Below, in pieces: positions 1 through 10,584 of a stretch of 64,000 bases of DNA. Both the position numbers and the translations under genes were made by a program. Source of the DNA: Squalus acanthias (taxonomy: Eukaryota); NCBI GenBank assembly GCA_030390025.1, contig CM059432.1, forward strand, positions 89,840,001 through 89,904,000. The letters are read 5' to 3'. Below the pieces are notes generated by a model, which was not told the DNA's origin, did no database searches, and worked only from the letters and a program-made list of their open reading frames with translations. Numbering within the stretch: position 1 is the stretch's first letter; every line of letters starts with the position of its first letter.

Positions 1-118
1 TACCTTTCAGGGGGAGAAAGGATTCAAGGTGCTGTTGCAGTATTTAAATTGCTGCAGTATTGTGAAGGGGTAGGCCAGTAATTAGCCAAGGAATTGAATT
101 ACAGAGAGCAAAGGAAAC

Positions 119-790
119 ATGTCTGGTCATGCTTCAGCAGAGCCTGGAACCCTCAAATGTTTACTCCTCGGTAGAGATTTTTCTGTCCAAAATAAGGCAA
201 ATGAACAGCAGATATTTGGCACTGAGGGAAGGAGGCCAAACAAAGGTGTGTTGCAGGCCCAGTGGAGGAAGGTGGCCTTGACAGTGAATGCCACCTTTAC
301 CAAACTCTGTGCCAGAAGATGTTCAATGACCTGACCAGGTTAGCCAAGGTAAGAGAAGGCACATATCTCCACCCACTTTACTTTTCTTGTGTTGAATATC
401 ATCTGCTACTTACCTGAAACGTATAGGAAGTACTGCATCAACCTTCACACCCCTTTCTTTCTCCTGCAAGTATTCCTCACGGGCAGGCTATCATAAAGCG
501 AAACAGTGACTCACCTGATACCTATTTGCTTGTTTCCAGCACCTGTTGCTTTCTCATACCTGGATTGCATTCCATATGATTGCAAGCAGAAGGTCTTCAC
601 ATTATGCGCTTTGTTCTTAAAGGAGAAAGAGGCCCACACTCAATGGCTGAAATCTAACACAGCTTGTGAAATGCCCAGCATAGACCTCACACCTCTTACG
701 AGGAAGAAGCCCTGGAACTCTTGGGCAGACATACAGAAGAAGCAGTGGAAATGGGGAAGTAGGAGCAGAGGTGCCAGCTGCACGTTGGTC
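119..790 (+). pseudogene. Degraded PIF/Harbinger Myb/SANT-like accessory gene (two exon remnants)
   Basis: QWRKVALTVNA...CQKMFNDLTRLAK|gtaag followed by aag|EKEAHTQ...LTP/EEEALELLG. Same exon layout as the intact copy at 41660-43097, but frameshifted. Confidence 0.7.
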
Positions 791-889
791 ATGGAATTCA
801 ACTTCTCATGTCTCTTAAATTCCTGCAGCACAACTGAAATCCATCATCACAATACATTAAGACCAAGCAATTTAACCATGCAGCACACA

Positions 890-1597
890 TTTGACGGGCG
901 ATACACGGCCTCCTAAGCCTTCAATATGGCAGGCAGGAAGTGTATGCTCATTACGAGCTGGAAGTGCGCCTATGCAAATAAAAGGCCTAATGCCTGTTTG
1001 AGATGCTTTTTCAAGATTGAGTTGCTCTGGATACAGACGTCATTCAGGAAAACCAGGTTGACATGCGGCCTATCCAGCAATCCTTAAAGGGACCGCTGTA
1101 GGCCGCAACCAAAAAGGTAAGTTTCTTTTTAAATACTTACCTAAATGTGGATTTGGGAGGGGTAGGAATGCCCCATCTGGCTCCATATTCAAGTCACCGC
1201 TGCTGGCCTCCGCTCCCCCACCCCCCCCACCCTGATCGCCGCATCCAACCCCTCAATCACCACATCCACCCCCTGCCAATTGCTGCAAACAGCCCCTGAT
1301 CACCCTCCTCTCTCAGTTGCCCCCCTCCAGATTGCCCCCTCCTCCCGATCGCAGCTCTCCTGATTCCCCACTTCTCCCGGTAGACCCCGACCCTTCCCTC
1401 CTCCTTTAAAGACTTCCCTGAAGGCTGCTGCCAGCGACACAGCAGCCCAATATTAGAAGTCTCTTCACCGCGTGCTACCTAGGGATGCCCAGTAGGTGTC
1501 TGTAGCTCGGAGGTGTAATTTAAATGTGGCCCAAAGCCCAATATCAGGTGAGTCTCGGGCCTACTCGGTCAGGTCAGCACAAACTAATTTCTACCCC
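890..1597. mobile_element. Non-autonomous Harbinger-type element (MITE-like), left end uncertain
   Basis: Ends in aatttctacccc, like the other GGG-initiated TIRs here. C-rich core and convergent AG|GTAAGT donors at 1117(+) and 1140(-). Confidence 0.5.
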
Positions 1598-1651
1598 TGT
1601 GAATGCTTCAGCTCATTTCATGTGCTGAATAGAGTGCATAGAGTGATGCAC

Positions 1652-2130
1652 TAGAATCATAAAATCATAGAATGATACAACACAGAAGGAGCCCATTGTG
1701 ACTGTGCTGGCTCTTTGGTAGAACTATACAATTAGTCCCACTCCCCTGCTCTTTCCCCATAGCCCTGTATTTATCCACTTGTCTTTTGAATGTTACTATT
1801 GAATCTGCTTCCACCAACCATTCAGGCAGTGCAATCCAGATCACAACAACTTGCTGTGTAAAAAAATGTTTCCTCATGTCACCTCTGGTTCTTTTGCCAA
1901 TCATCTTAAATCTGTGTCCTCTGGTTACCGACCCTTTTGCCACTGGAAACAATTTCTCCTTATTTACTCTATCAAAAACATTATGATTTTGAACACCTCT
2001 ATCAAATCTCTTCTTAACCTTAACTGTTCTAAAGAGAACAACCCCAGCTTCTCCAGCCCCTCCACATAACTGAAGTCCCTCAACCCTGGTACTATTATAA
2101 TAAATCTCTTCTGCATCCTCTCTAAGGCCT
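1652..2130 (-). mobile_element. CR1 LINE 3' fragment
   Basis: ORF2 C-terminus (TRGHRFKMIGKR...FFTQQVV..W.ALP) and ATTCTATG-like tail at about 1652-1675. Confidence 0.9.
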
Positions 2131-2277
2131 GGTAGCCACTAAGTACCAGTAGTCTGATGTAGCTGGAGGTGGAAGATGAGGAGGCAATTGTTGCTGGTTG
2201 CAGGAAAGGCCAAATCTCAAGGTTTCAGCATTTAAAAGAAAGATGATTATCGAGCATCAAACGTGTAGTGGAGATCA

Positions 2278-3018
2278 GGGGCAATTTTAACCCTAAACCA
2301 GCCAAAACCCGGCAGGTGGGTAGTTAAAATCGTCCGGGTCATTTACCTGCCCTGGAGCTGCTGGGAGTTAATTTTTCAGGTTTTAATCTGCTCAACTGAG
2401 TAGGGAGCAAGGACACCCGACCAAAGCTGGCAGAGTCCTTTTTTACAGATGTCGTTTACAAAAATGTCATTGGGACCCGACTACAATTTTAACTAGGGTG
2501 CCTGAGTGGGAAGTGGCAGTGAGTTATCCATCAGGCCAATACTGCAGTGAAGAGGATTGGAGCCAGAAAAAGATCAAAAAGGTAAGTTTTTAATAATTTT
2601 TTTAATTTTCCTTGTCGGGCCCAGAGGAGTAGGAGAGCTCCTCCAGGCCCCACAGGAAAGCATAGGCTTCCCCTGCTGTGAACTCAACCCACCCCCACCC
2701 CTCCCAATCGCTGGACCCCCAGCAGGACGGCCCGGCAGCTAATCCCACCACTTACCTGCTGTCAGTGGGTGGCCTCCGGGCTGCAGAATATTCCACGCTT
2801 CCCACTGAACTTCTGCCTGGATTGGATGGGAAGTTGGCTGGTGGGATATAACCCAACTAACCCCCCGGCGGGGTGGTTTTTGGTTGGACGGCCATTTTAC
2901 AACCTGCCTGATTTTACACTCCATTGGGGCGTAAAACCTGTCGGGGTGTAAAGCAGACGACTGACCTGCATGCTGTCAGGGGGTGGTGGGGGGGAGTGGT
3001 TAGGTTAAAACTACCCCC
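2278..3018. mobile_element. Harbinger-type MITE
   Basis: Imperfect TIRs GGGGCAATTTTAACC / GGTTAAAACTACCCC, flanked by tca / taa (3-bp TSD-like). No coding capacity. Confidence 0.7.
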
Positions 3019-3329
3019 TAAGTTTGAAAGGGCAAAATATTTCAGGCACCAAGGAGAGGTGTGAAACAAATAAACAGTAGAATTGCACATAGATTTCTGT
3101 AGACTAAAGAATTGTTAGCACTGATTTTAGATGTGCAAATTGATTTGGGGCAAGGTAGGGGAATGTCTGGGAGAATCAGTTGCAGAGTGATTCAACAATG
3201 GAAGCCTTGGTAGTTGTTGGGGAGAGCTAAATGTCAGTTTATGAATGATATGGTGTATTTTCGGAAGGGAAACCATAATGGCAAGAATGCTTTTGCAATG
3301 GGAATGGGTCCAGGTATTATTTAGGTGAA

Positions 3330-4205
3330 GGTGTCCTTTGTAAGCTCTGCTCACTGATGTCTCCTAGCTGGCAGAGGCTTAGCAGTGACTTCTTGAAGTA
3401 GATTCTCGGCCGCCTGCTCATTCTGTTGGTTTGGTATAGCCCCCTCTTCCTCCTATGGGACATTAACCAAGTTCTTTGTGAATGGCAAAATTGTGTATCA
3501 TGCAGTAAGCCACAATGATTGAAGACACCCTGGCTGGACTGTACGGAACCCACCATCTCCTAGATCTATCATGGTATTTAAAGTGTGCCTTCAGAATATG
3601 ATCTGCTTAATGACAAGCCTGATGGTACCGAGAGCATCATAGTATCAGAGTTTAGAAGAAGTCCTAAGGAAACTAGCCGGGGTCATTAGCCACTGCTGCA
3701 GATGGTGTCCTTGATCTCCAATTAGCCATACACACACTTGCCTTCCACTCATAAACAGTGGTGCTGTGGTGAACTGTCTTAAAACAAAAGAACAATGGTG
3801 GCTCCCTGGATATTAAACTATCATATATATTATGGGGTTGATCTTATTGCACATCTGCTGTATATTAATAGAGTGAAACGCTTTCCTGTTGAGAAAGTTG
3901 GTAGAATTCTCAAGAGGGCACGTTTGGTGACATGGGTACAGCTGATCGCAAGTTGCACCTGGGGAATTCCTGGCATTCTATAAAAGTTGACTGCTCTCTC
4001 ATGAACTGGGCAGCCTCTGCAAACAATGCATCCATCACTTGTTTGAGCATCACTGACTGACTGCCTGATGTTGCACGTGTCCCCCAGTGCAGCCTGAAAG
4101 GAACCAGTGCCATCGACATTGAATTTGATTGCAACTTTGACTGATACTAGCAATGTGGTGCCTCTGGTAAAGGTGAGCTCTAGGTTCAGGGAAAGCCTGT
4201 GGCAT
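3330..4205 (-). pseudogene. Degraded Harbinger DDE transposase (HARBI1-like)
   Basis: Motifs VKVA...GSFQAALGD..I.QS, F.R.PG.PQVQ.AI.CTHV and ..LH. region across frameshifts. Interrupted on its 5' side by a CR1 tail. Confidence 0.85.
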
Positions 4206-4208
4206 CAT

Positions 4209-4603
4209 GGGAACATAGGAACATAGAATCAAGAGTAGGTCATTCAGCCCCTCGAGCCAGTTCCGCCATTCAATGAGATCATGGCTGATCTGTGACCTAA
4301 CTCCATATACCTGCCTTTGCTCCATATCCCTTAATACCTTTGATTAACAAAAATCTATCAATCTCCGATTTAAAATTAACCATTGATCGATCACCAATTG
4401 CCATTTGCGGAAGAGAGTTCCAAACTTCTACCACCCTTTACGCCTAGAAGTGTTTCCTAACTTCACTCCTGAAAGCCCTGGTTCTAATTTTTAGACTATG
4501 CCCCCTAGTCCTAGACTCCTCAACCAGTGGAAATAGTTTATCTCTATCTACCCTATTAGTTCCCCTAAATATCTTGAAATCTTTGACATATCACCCCTTA
4601 ACC
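4209..4603 (-). mobile_element. CR1 LINE 3' end
   Basis: gaacatag-gaacatag tail, 3'UTR (GGGGCTGAATGACCTACTC) and a degenerate ORF2 end. Confidence 0.8.
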
Positions 4604-6104
4604 ATTAGCATTCCTCTATTGGCTCACGATGGAGGTGCAACCTCCTTTAGCACTGCCGATTGGTGAGGTCAAGATATGACCGCCATGGTCTGTAAATACA
4701 GAGGTGTGGTGAGAACAATGCAGAGCCCATCAGCTTCATTAAGATGAGTAAAGGACAAAAAAAGGAATATTCAGCAGCAATGTAGGAACTAATACAGAAT
4801 ACTCAGAAGGTGGTCTTTAAATCCACTTCCACCTATCACAGCTATCTAACAACCCTGAGCACCTCTTTTATACTGGCATTCATTTAGAGAGGCATGCCAA
4901 AACAGCAAGAGAGGGAATTTCAGTGCCAGACATTCATTGAGGATTTAAATATGATTATGTATATAGACGCATGACTGTTACTATCATAACATCCAAGTTT
5001 TCCTAGAAGTTATACTCTGTGTAGTGTATAGCCATCAATGAATACTTGAATGACAAGGCCTGGTTACAAGACAGCACTCTCATCAACAGATTTTGTCATA
5101 AACTATGAGAGCAAACCTCCAATGATTTATATTCACCATTTGAACCACATAAGTTTTCTGCCTTGAAATTATTCCAGGCTATCTTTGATATATCATTATA
5201 TTATGAGATTGATAATAATGGTTTGATTCGGCTGTGTTTATGGTATTTTTTGCTGACACCTGTCATGGTAAAGCCTATGGCCAGTGCACCTGGTGACACC
5301 ACACCGAAGGATAAATGATGGTGGTATATTCACTGCAAGATTATTGAATGATAATCAACAGCTGGCTAACAAAAAATATGGCAATCACTATATGTTACAT
5401 CATTATTAAGTACATATATGAGCTACTTCATTGGTAAATTTATATTAAGTTTTGTTCCATGATTGTTATTATGTTCATGGCTTCCAACACAATAATTTAT
5501 TGAATTTAAGTTAAAAATGGTGACTTATCACTTAAGCAGCCAGCTCCATGTATCAAATCCAAGACAATTTTTAAACCTGATTATAGAGTGGTCATGGCTT
5601 AAACAGAATACCGCGTAACTATGGTATGACGCTCTTTTCTATCACGCATTAGTTATGGGATCTTTCATGAATGAAAGCCATTAATATTTCTCTACTGACA
5701 CAATATCCTGTATCAGCTAAATGTTACATAACTGAATTATGTTAGAGTGAACTTTGTATGCTCATATTTTACGACTAATTGATTATTGAAAGTGATATTA
5801 TCACTACAAGTTTATTAAGTGTAATCAGCAGTTAATTAACAGGCGTTTTTTTTAATTGCCTTTCTCTTTCTATAGCAGTTTCTCTGCTTCTCATCAACCC
5901 TTTTTGTTGCCCTCTCTCTGTCTTTGTTTGTTTTGTGATTTGCTTATACTGCAACTTTAACATGACTGCAAATCCGACATTGTTTTGCAGCAATGCTAAG
6001 GTTCCACTACAAATCGAGAGACGAGGCCAAACAATTCTCAGGAAAAAAGTGGCGTGCGACTCCCTGGAGGAGGTTCTCTCACCAATTGGGATTGACAATA
6101 TATT

Positions 6105-6816
6105 GGGCCGTATTTTGTGACCCCTACGGGTGCGTACGAGGTGTGTACGCGCCCATAGGGGCCACGCAAGTTCCGGGTTTAGGCATGCGCTAAAACTTGC
6201 GATCTGTCAAGATCCTCCACATCCCCGGGAGAAGGGCCTCTGCAGGTGGAGAGTTGCGCTATTTGCCCAACTTCCGCCCACTGAATGCCCGTGAAATTCT
6301 TATGCCTGCTTTTACCAGCAAAAGAGTTTTAAAAAATAGAAAAATAAAATGTTATCACTCATTTATACATTAAAAACCCTGTCCAATAAGGTAAGTTTAT
6401 TTTTAGCCCTGTTAAAACATATTAAAAAAAATTCAAAAATTTTAATTTTCGTTTAAGATATTTAATTTAATGGCATTTTAATTAATTTTAAATATGTAAT
6501 TAAAAAAAAATGTATTTCATGTGTTCGTGTATTTATTAAGTGATCCCCATTCGTACTTATGGGGATTCCGTACGTACGGAACTCCCATAAGTATGAATGG
6601 GGATTCCCTTCTTTTATTGGTTGGGCCAGCCCACGTGATCCCAGGGGCGCTTGCGAACCGCATGCACCCGAGATACGTGGGCCTCTGCCCGCGCGTACCC
6701 GGAGAGGCCCAGGAGCGCGAATCAACTTACCTCCCGGGCCACCAGGTAAATGTGCAGATTTTTTACAGGTCAGAGGCATCTGCCCGCAGGAAGCCTCCAA
6801 TTGCAAATTTTGGACC
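6105..6816. mobile_element. Harbinger-type MITE with internal palindromes
   Basis: Weak TIRs GGGCCGTATTTTG / CAAATTTTGGACC, flanked by ATT on both sides (6102-6104, 6817-6819). AT-rich core and hairpins at 6117-6165 and 6543-6604. Confidence 0.65.
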
Positions 6817-6977
6817 ATTAAGTATAGCTTCAGTGTAGTGTTAAACCAGATTTAAAAAGTCCCTTAAGCCTACTTAGAGTTAACTTAAATGTTTAGAGAT
6901 TGCAGATGCTGCCATCTGCACTCTCTGAACATTTAAATTCTAACTACTGGCAGAAGAACACTCTATATGTGGGTAAC

Positions 6978-7210
6978 CATAGGAACATAGGAGCAGGATA
7001 AGGCCATTCAGCCACTCGAGCCTTTCCCGCCATTCAACCAGATCATGGCTGATCTGTATCTTAACTCCACTTACCCACCTTAGTTCCATATCCCTTAATA
7101 CCCTTGACTAACAAAAATCTATCAATCTCAGTTTTGAACTTTTCAGCAGCTTTTGGCAGAGCGAGCTCCAGATTTGCACTACCCTTTGTGTGAAGACATG
7201 TTTCCTAACA
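6978..7210 (-). mobile_element. CR1 3' tail (outer element, resumes at about 11800-11910)
   Basis: cataggaacatag tail and 3'UTR. Breaks at ...gtttcctaacatca and the ORF2 C-terminus (VFKMIKGVDRVDREKLFPL...TKGHNLQI) reappears at 11800-11910. Confidence 0.75.
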
Positions 7211-8096
7211 TCATAGAATCATAGAAATTTATGGCACAGAAGGAGGTCATTTGCCCATCGTATCTGTGCCGGCCAAAAAAGAGTGATCCAGCCTAATCCC
7301 ACTTTCCAGCTCTTGGTCTCTAGCCTTGTAAGTTACGGCACTTCAAGTGCATAACCAAGTACTTTTTAAATGAGATGAGGGTTTCTGCCTCTACCACCCT
7401 TTCAGGCAGTGAGTTCCAGACCCCACCACCCTCTGGATGGAAAAAGTTCTCCTCAACTCCCCTCTAATCCTTCTACCAATTACTTTAAATCTATGCCCCC
7501 TGGTTATTCACCTCTATGCTAAGGGAAATAGGTGCTTCCTATCCACTTTATCTAGGCCCCTCATAATTTTATACACCTCAATTAAGTCTCCCCTCAGCCT
7601 CCTCTGTTCCAAAGAAAACAACCCCAGCCGATAAAATCTTTCCTCATAGCTAAAATTCTCCAGTCCTGGCAACATCCTCGTAAATCTCCTTTGTACCCTC
7701 TCTAGTGCAATCACATCTTTCCTGTAATGTGGTGACCAGAACTGTATGCAGTACACTTGCTGTGGCCTAACTAGAGTTTTATGCAGTTCAAGCATAACCT
7801 CCCTGCTCTTGTATTCTATGCCTCGGCTAATAAAGGAAAATATCCCATATGCCTTCTTAACCACCTTATCTACCTGTCCTGCTACCTTCAGGGATCTGTG
7901 GACAAGCACTCCAAGGTTCCTCTGTTCCTCTACACTTCTCAGTATCCTACCATTTATTGTGTATTCCCTTGTCTTGTTAGCCCTCCACAAATGCATTACC
8001 TCACACTTCTCTGGATTGAATTCCATTTGCCACTTTTCTGCCCACCTGACCAGTCCATTGATATCTTCCTGCAGTCTACAGCTTTCTTCCTCACTA

Positions 8097-8417
8097 TCAC
8101 AGAATCACAGAATCCCCACAGTGCAGATAGAGGCCATTTCAGCCCATTGAGCCTGCACCGACACATATCCCACCCTATCCCCGTAACCCCATATATTTAA
8201 TCCCCCCTAACACTAAGGGTCAATTTATCATAGCCCAAATCAACCTAACCCGCACATCTTTGGACTGTGGGAGGAAACCGGAGCACCCGGAGGAAACCCA
8301 CGCAGACACGGGGAGAATATGCAAACTCCACACAGACAGTCACCCGAGGCCGGATTCGAACCCGGGTCCCTGGCGCTGTGAGGCAACAGTGCTAACCACT
8401 ATGCCACCGTGTTGCCC
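8097..8417 (-). mobile_element. tRNA-derived SINE, HE1/V-SINE type
   Basis: Head GGGCAACACGGTGGCATAGTGGTTAGCAC (A box) ...GGTTCGAATCC (B box), V-domain-like core TGCGTGGGTTTCCTCCGGGTGCTCCGGTTTCCTCCCACAGTCCAAAG, CR1-like tail (GATTCTGT)2. Splits CR1 ORF2. Confidence 0.9.
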
Positions 8418-9886
8418 AACCACACGGCCAATTTTTGTATCATCTGCAAACTTCTTAATCATGCCTCCTACATTGAAGTCTAAATCACTGGTATATACCA
8501 CAAAAGCAAGGGACCTAGTACTGAGCCCTGTGGAACCCTATTGGAAACAGCCTTCCAGTCACAAAAACATCCGTCGACCATTACCCTTTGCTTTCGGCCA
8601 CTGAGCCAATTTTGGATCCAACTTGCCACTTTCCCTTGGATCCCATGGGCTTTTACTTTTCTGACCAACATGCCATGTGGGACCTTGTCAAAAGCCTTGC
8701 TAAAATCCATGTAGACTACATCAAATGTGCTACCCTCATCAACCCTCCTTGTTACCTCCTCAAAAAATTCAATCAATTTAGTCAGACATGACCTTCCCTT
8801 AACAAATCCATGCAGACTCTCCTTGATTAATCCGTGCCTTTATACATGATGATTAATACAGTCCCTCAGAATTTTTCCAATAATTTGCTGACCACCGAGG
8901 TTAGGCTGACTGGCCTGTAATTACTTGGTCTATCCCTTTCTCCATTTTTAAACAACGGTACAACGTTTGCAGTCCTCCAGTCCTCCGGCACCACACCTGT
9001 AGCCAGAGAGGATTGGAAAATGATGGTCAGAGCCTCTGCTATTTCCTTCCTTGCTTCTCTTAACAGCCAGGGATACATTTCTTCCGGGCTTGGTGATTTA
9101 TCTATTTTCAAAGATGCTAAACCCCTTAATACTTCCTCTCTCACTATGTTTATCTCATCTAATATTTTATATTCCTCCTCCTTAACTACAATGTCTGCAT
9201 CGTCCCTCTCTTCTGTGACGACAGACGCAAAGTATTCATTAAGAATATAGGATGTGCATTCGACGGGACTGAGGTGCCCTGCTATGCTATTTATTAGACT
9301 ACTAACTAAACTTCTTAGTTTGACGCACTGCTCTAACTTAGAGAGAAAAGAGACAAAATTATTTACTCAAGTTTAACAAGAACTACTGAGATACTAAACA
9401 CAAAGGGGGAGAAATTCCCTACCTTAACGCCACCAGTTAGTACGGCACTAAGTGAAGAAAGTGGCGGCGGCTGCCGCTCTTTCGCCAGCTGGTGGCAGGT
9501 CCTGCGGCGTCCTCCATTTTAGATGTGCCGGTAGCGTTAGCGTTCTTAGGTAGCACCCTGAAAAAAAAAATGCCGGTGTGGTGATGTCACACGCCGACTT
9601 AATGTCACCACTGCGAACTTCGACCCTAGCACTGAGTTCAGCACTGGGTCCTAAGCACGCCAGGTAAACCTAACGTGCAAGCAGACTAACAGAGGCACTG
9701 TCAGCACTTCTTAAAGGAGCACACACATCTTTCAGGTAAGTTTGCATTTAAGCTTTTGGATGTTTTTTTTTTAATTTTTATTGAAGAGGTGGCTTGCTGC
9801 AATAGATGTTAAAAGTTTTTTAAATGTGTAGGGAGGGCTGCTGGACGCTTGCAAGGCCTCAGATGATAAAGGAAGGCCTCTGAGAA

Positions 9887-10029
9887 GACAGAAAATGCTA
9901 GAAATACTCAGCAGGCCAGGCAACATCCATGGAGAGAGAAACAGAGTTCACGTCTCAGGTCGAGATGCTGCCTGAAAAGCTGAGTATTTCCAGCATTTTA
10001 TGCTGTCATTTCAGAGGTACAGCATCCGC
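9887..10029. repeat. Short fold-back repeat resembling a shark Penelope-like pseudo-LTR fragment
   Basis: Arms GACAGAAAATGCTAGAAATACTCAGC..CAGGCAACATC and GATGCTGCCTG..GCTGAGTATTTCCAGCATTTT..GTC are reverse complements. A related copy lies at 10505-10584. The family assignment is from recall. Confidence 0.5.
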
Positions 10030-10504
10030 TCGCAGAGGGAAGAGGAAGAAACAGAAGAGGAAGAAGCCGAGGAGGAGGAAGCAGAAGAGGAGTAAACAGA
10101 AGAGGAGGAAGAAGAGGAAGGATGCAACCCAGACAGCCCCTTTCTGGCCTAGATATCCGGGATAGAATCATCCGCCTACAATCCCAGTGACCACAACCCC
10201 AATTCCCCTTTCAACATTTGTCCCACACCTTACCTTCCCTCTGTTACTGACCATCACAGCATCCTCTTGGCCACAAGGCTGAAATAAGAGCCACCACAAA
10301 GCAAACTTTCCAATCCAACTTTATACATCTATCCATCCAATATGACATCAAGAAATGAACTCATCAACCTTATGCATTCCCTTAGTGACTGTCTTGTGTG
10401 TGCCTTTGCCTTTCCTACTGACACAGTGCTCCCCCAGTGGCTGCAGCATGGCTGGTGGAAAGCTGCTGACTTTCAGTGGGGGACACGGCAAATAGCCTTA
10501 ATAC

Positions 10505-10584
10505 AAAAGCAAAATACTACGGATGCTGGAAATCTGAAATAAAAACAGAAAATGCTGGAAATACTCAGCAGGTCAGGCAGCATC
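10505..10584. repeat. Second fragment of the same Penelope-like repeat
   Basis: aaaacagaaaatgctggaaatactcagcaggtcaggcagcatc is nearly identical to the arm at 9887-9927. Confidence 0.55.

Noticed and set aside
8340..8417. tRNA-like sequence with A and B boxes
   Set aside because: It is the head of a SINE, fused to a SINE core and LINE-like tail, not a standalone tRNA gene.
9887..10029. Possible hammerhead ribozyme in the Penelope-like repeat
   Set aside because: The CTGANGA core box is not present in this copy on either strand; that part appears deleted.
9929..10165. Lys/Arg-rich 78-aa ORF
   Set aside because: Alternative frame of the GAR-rich acidic tail of the Harbinger transposase.
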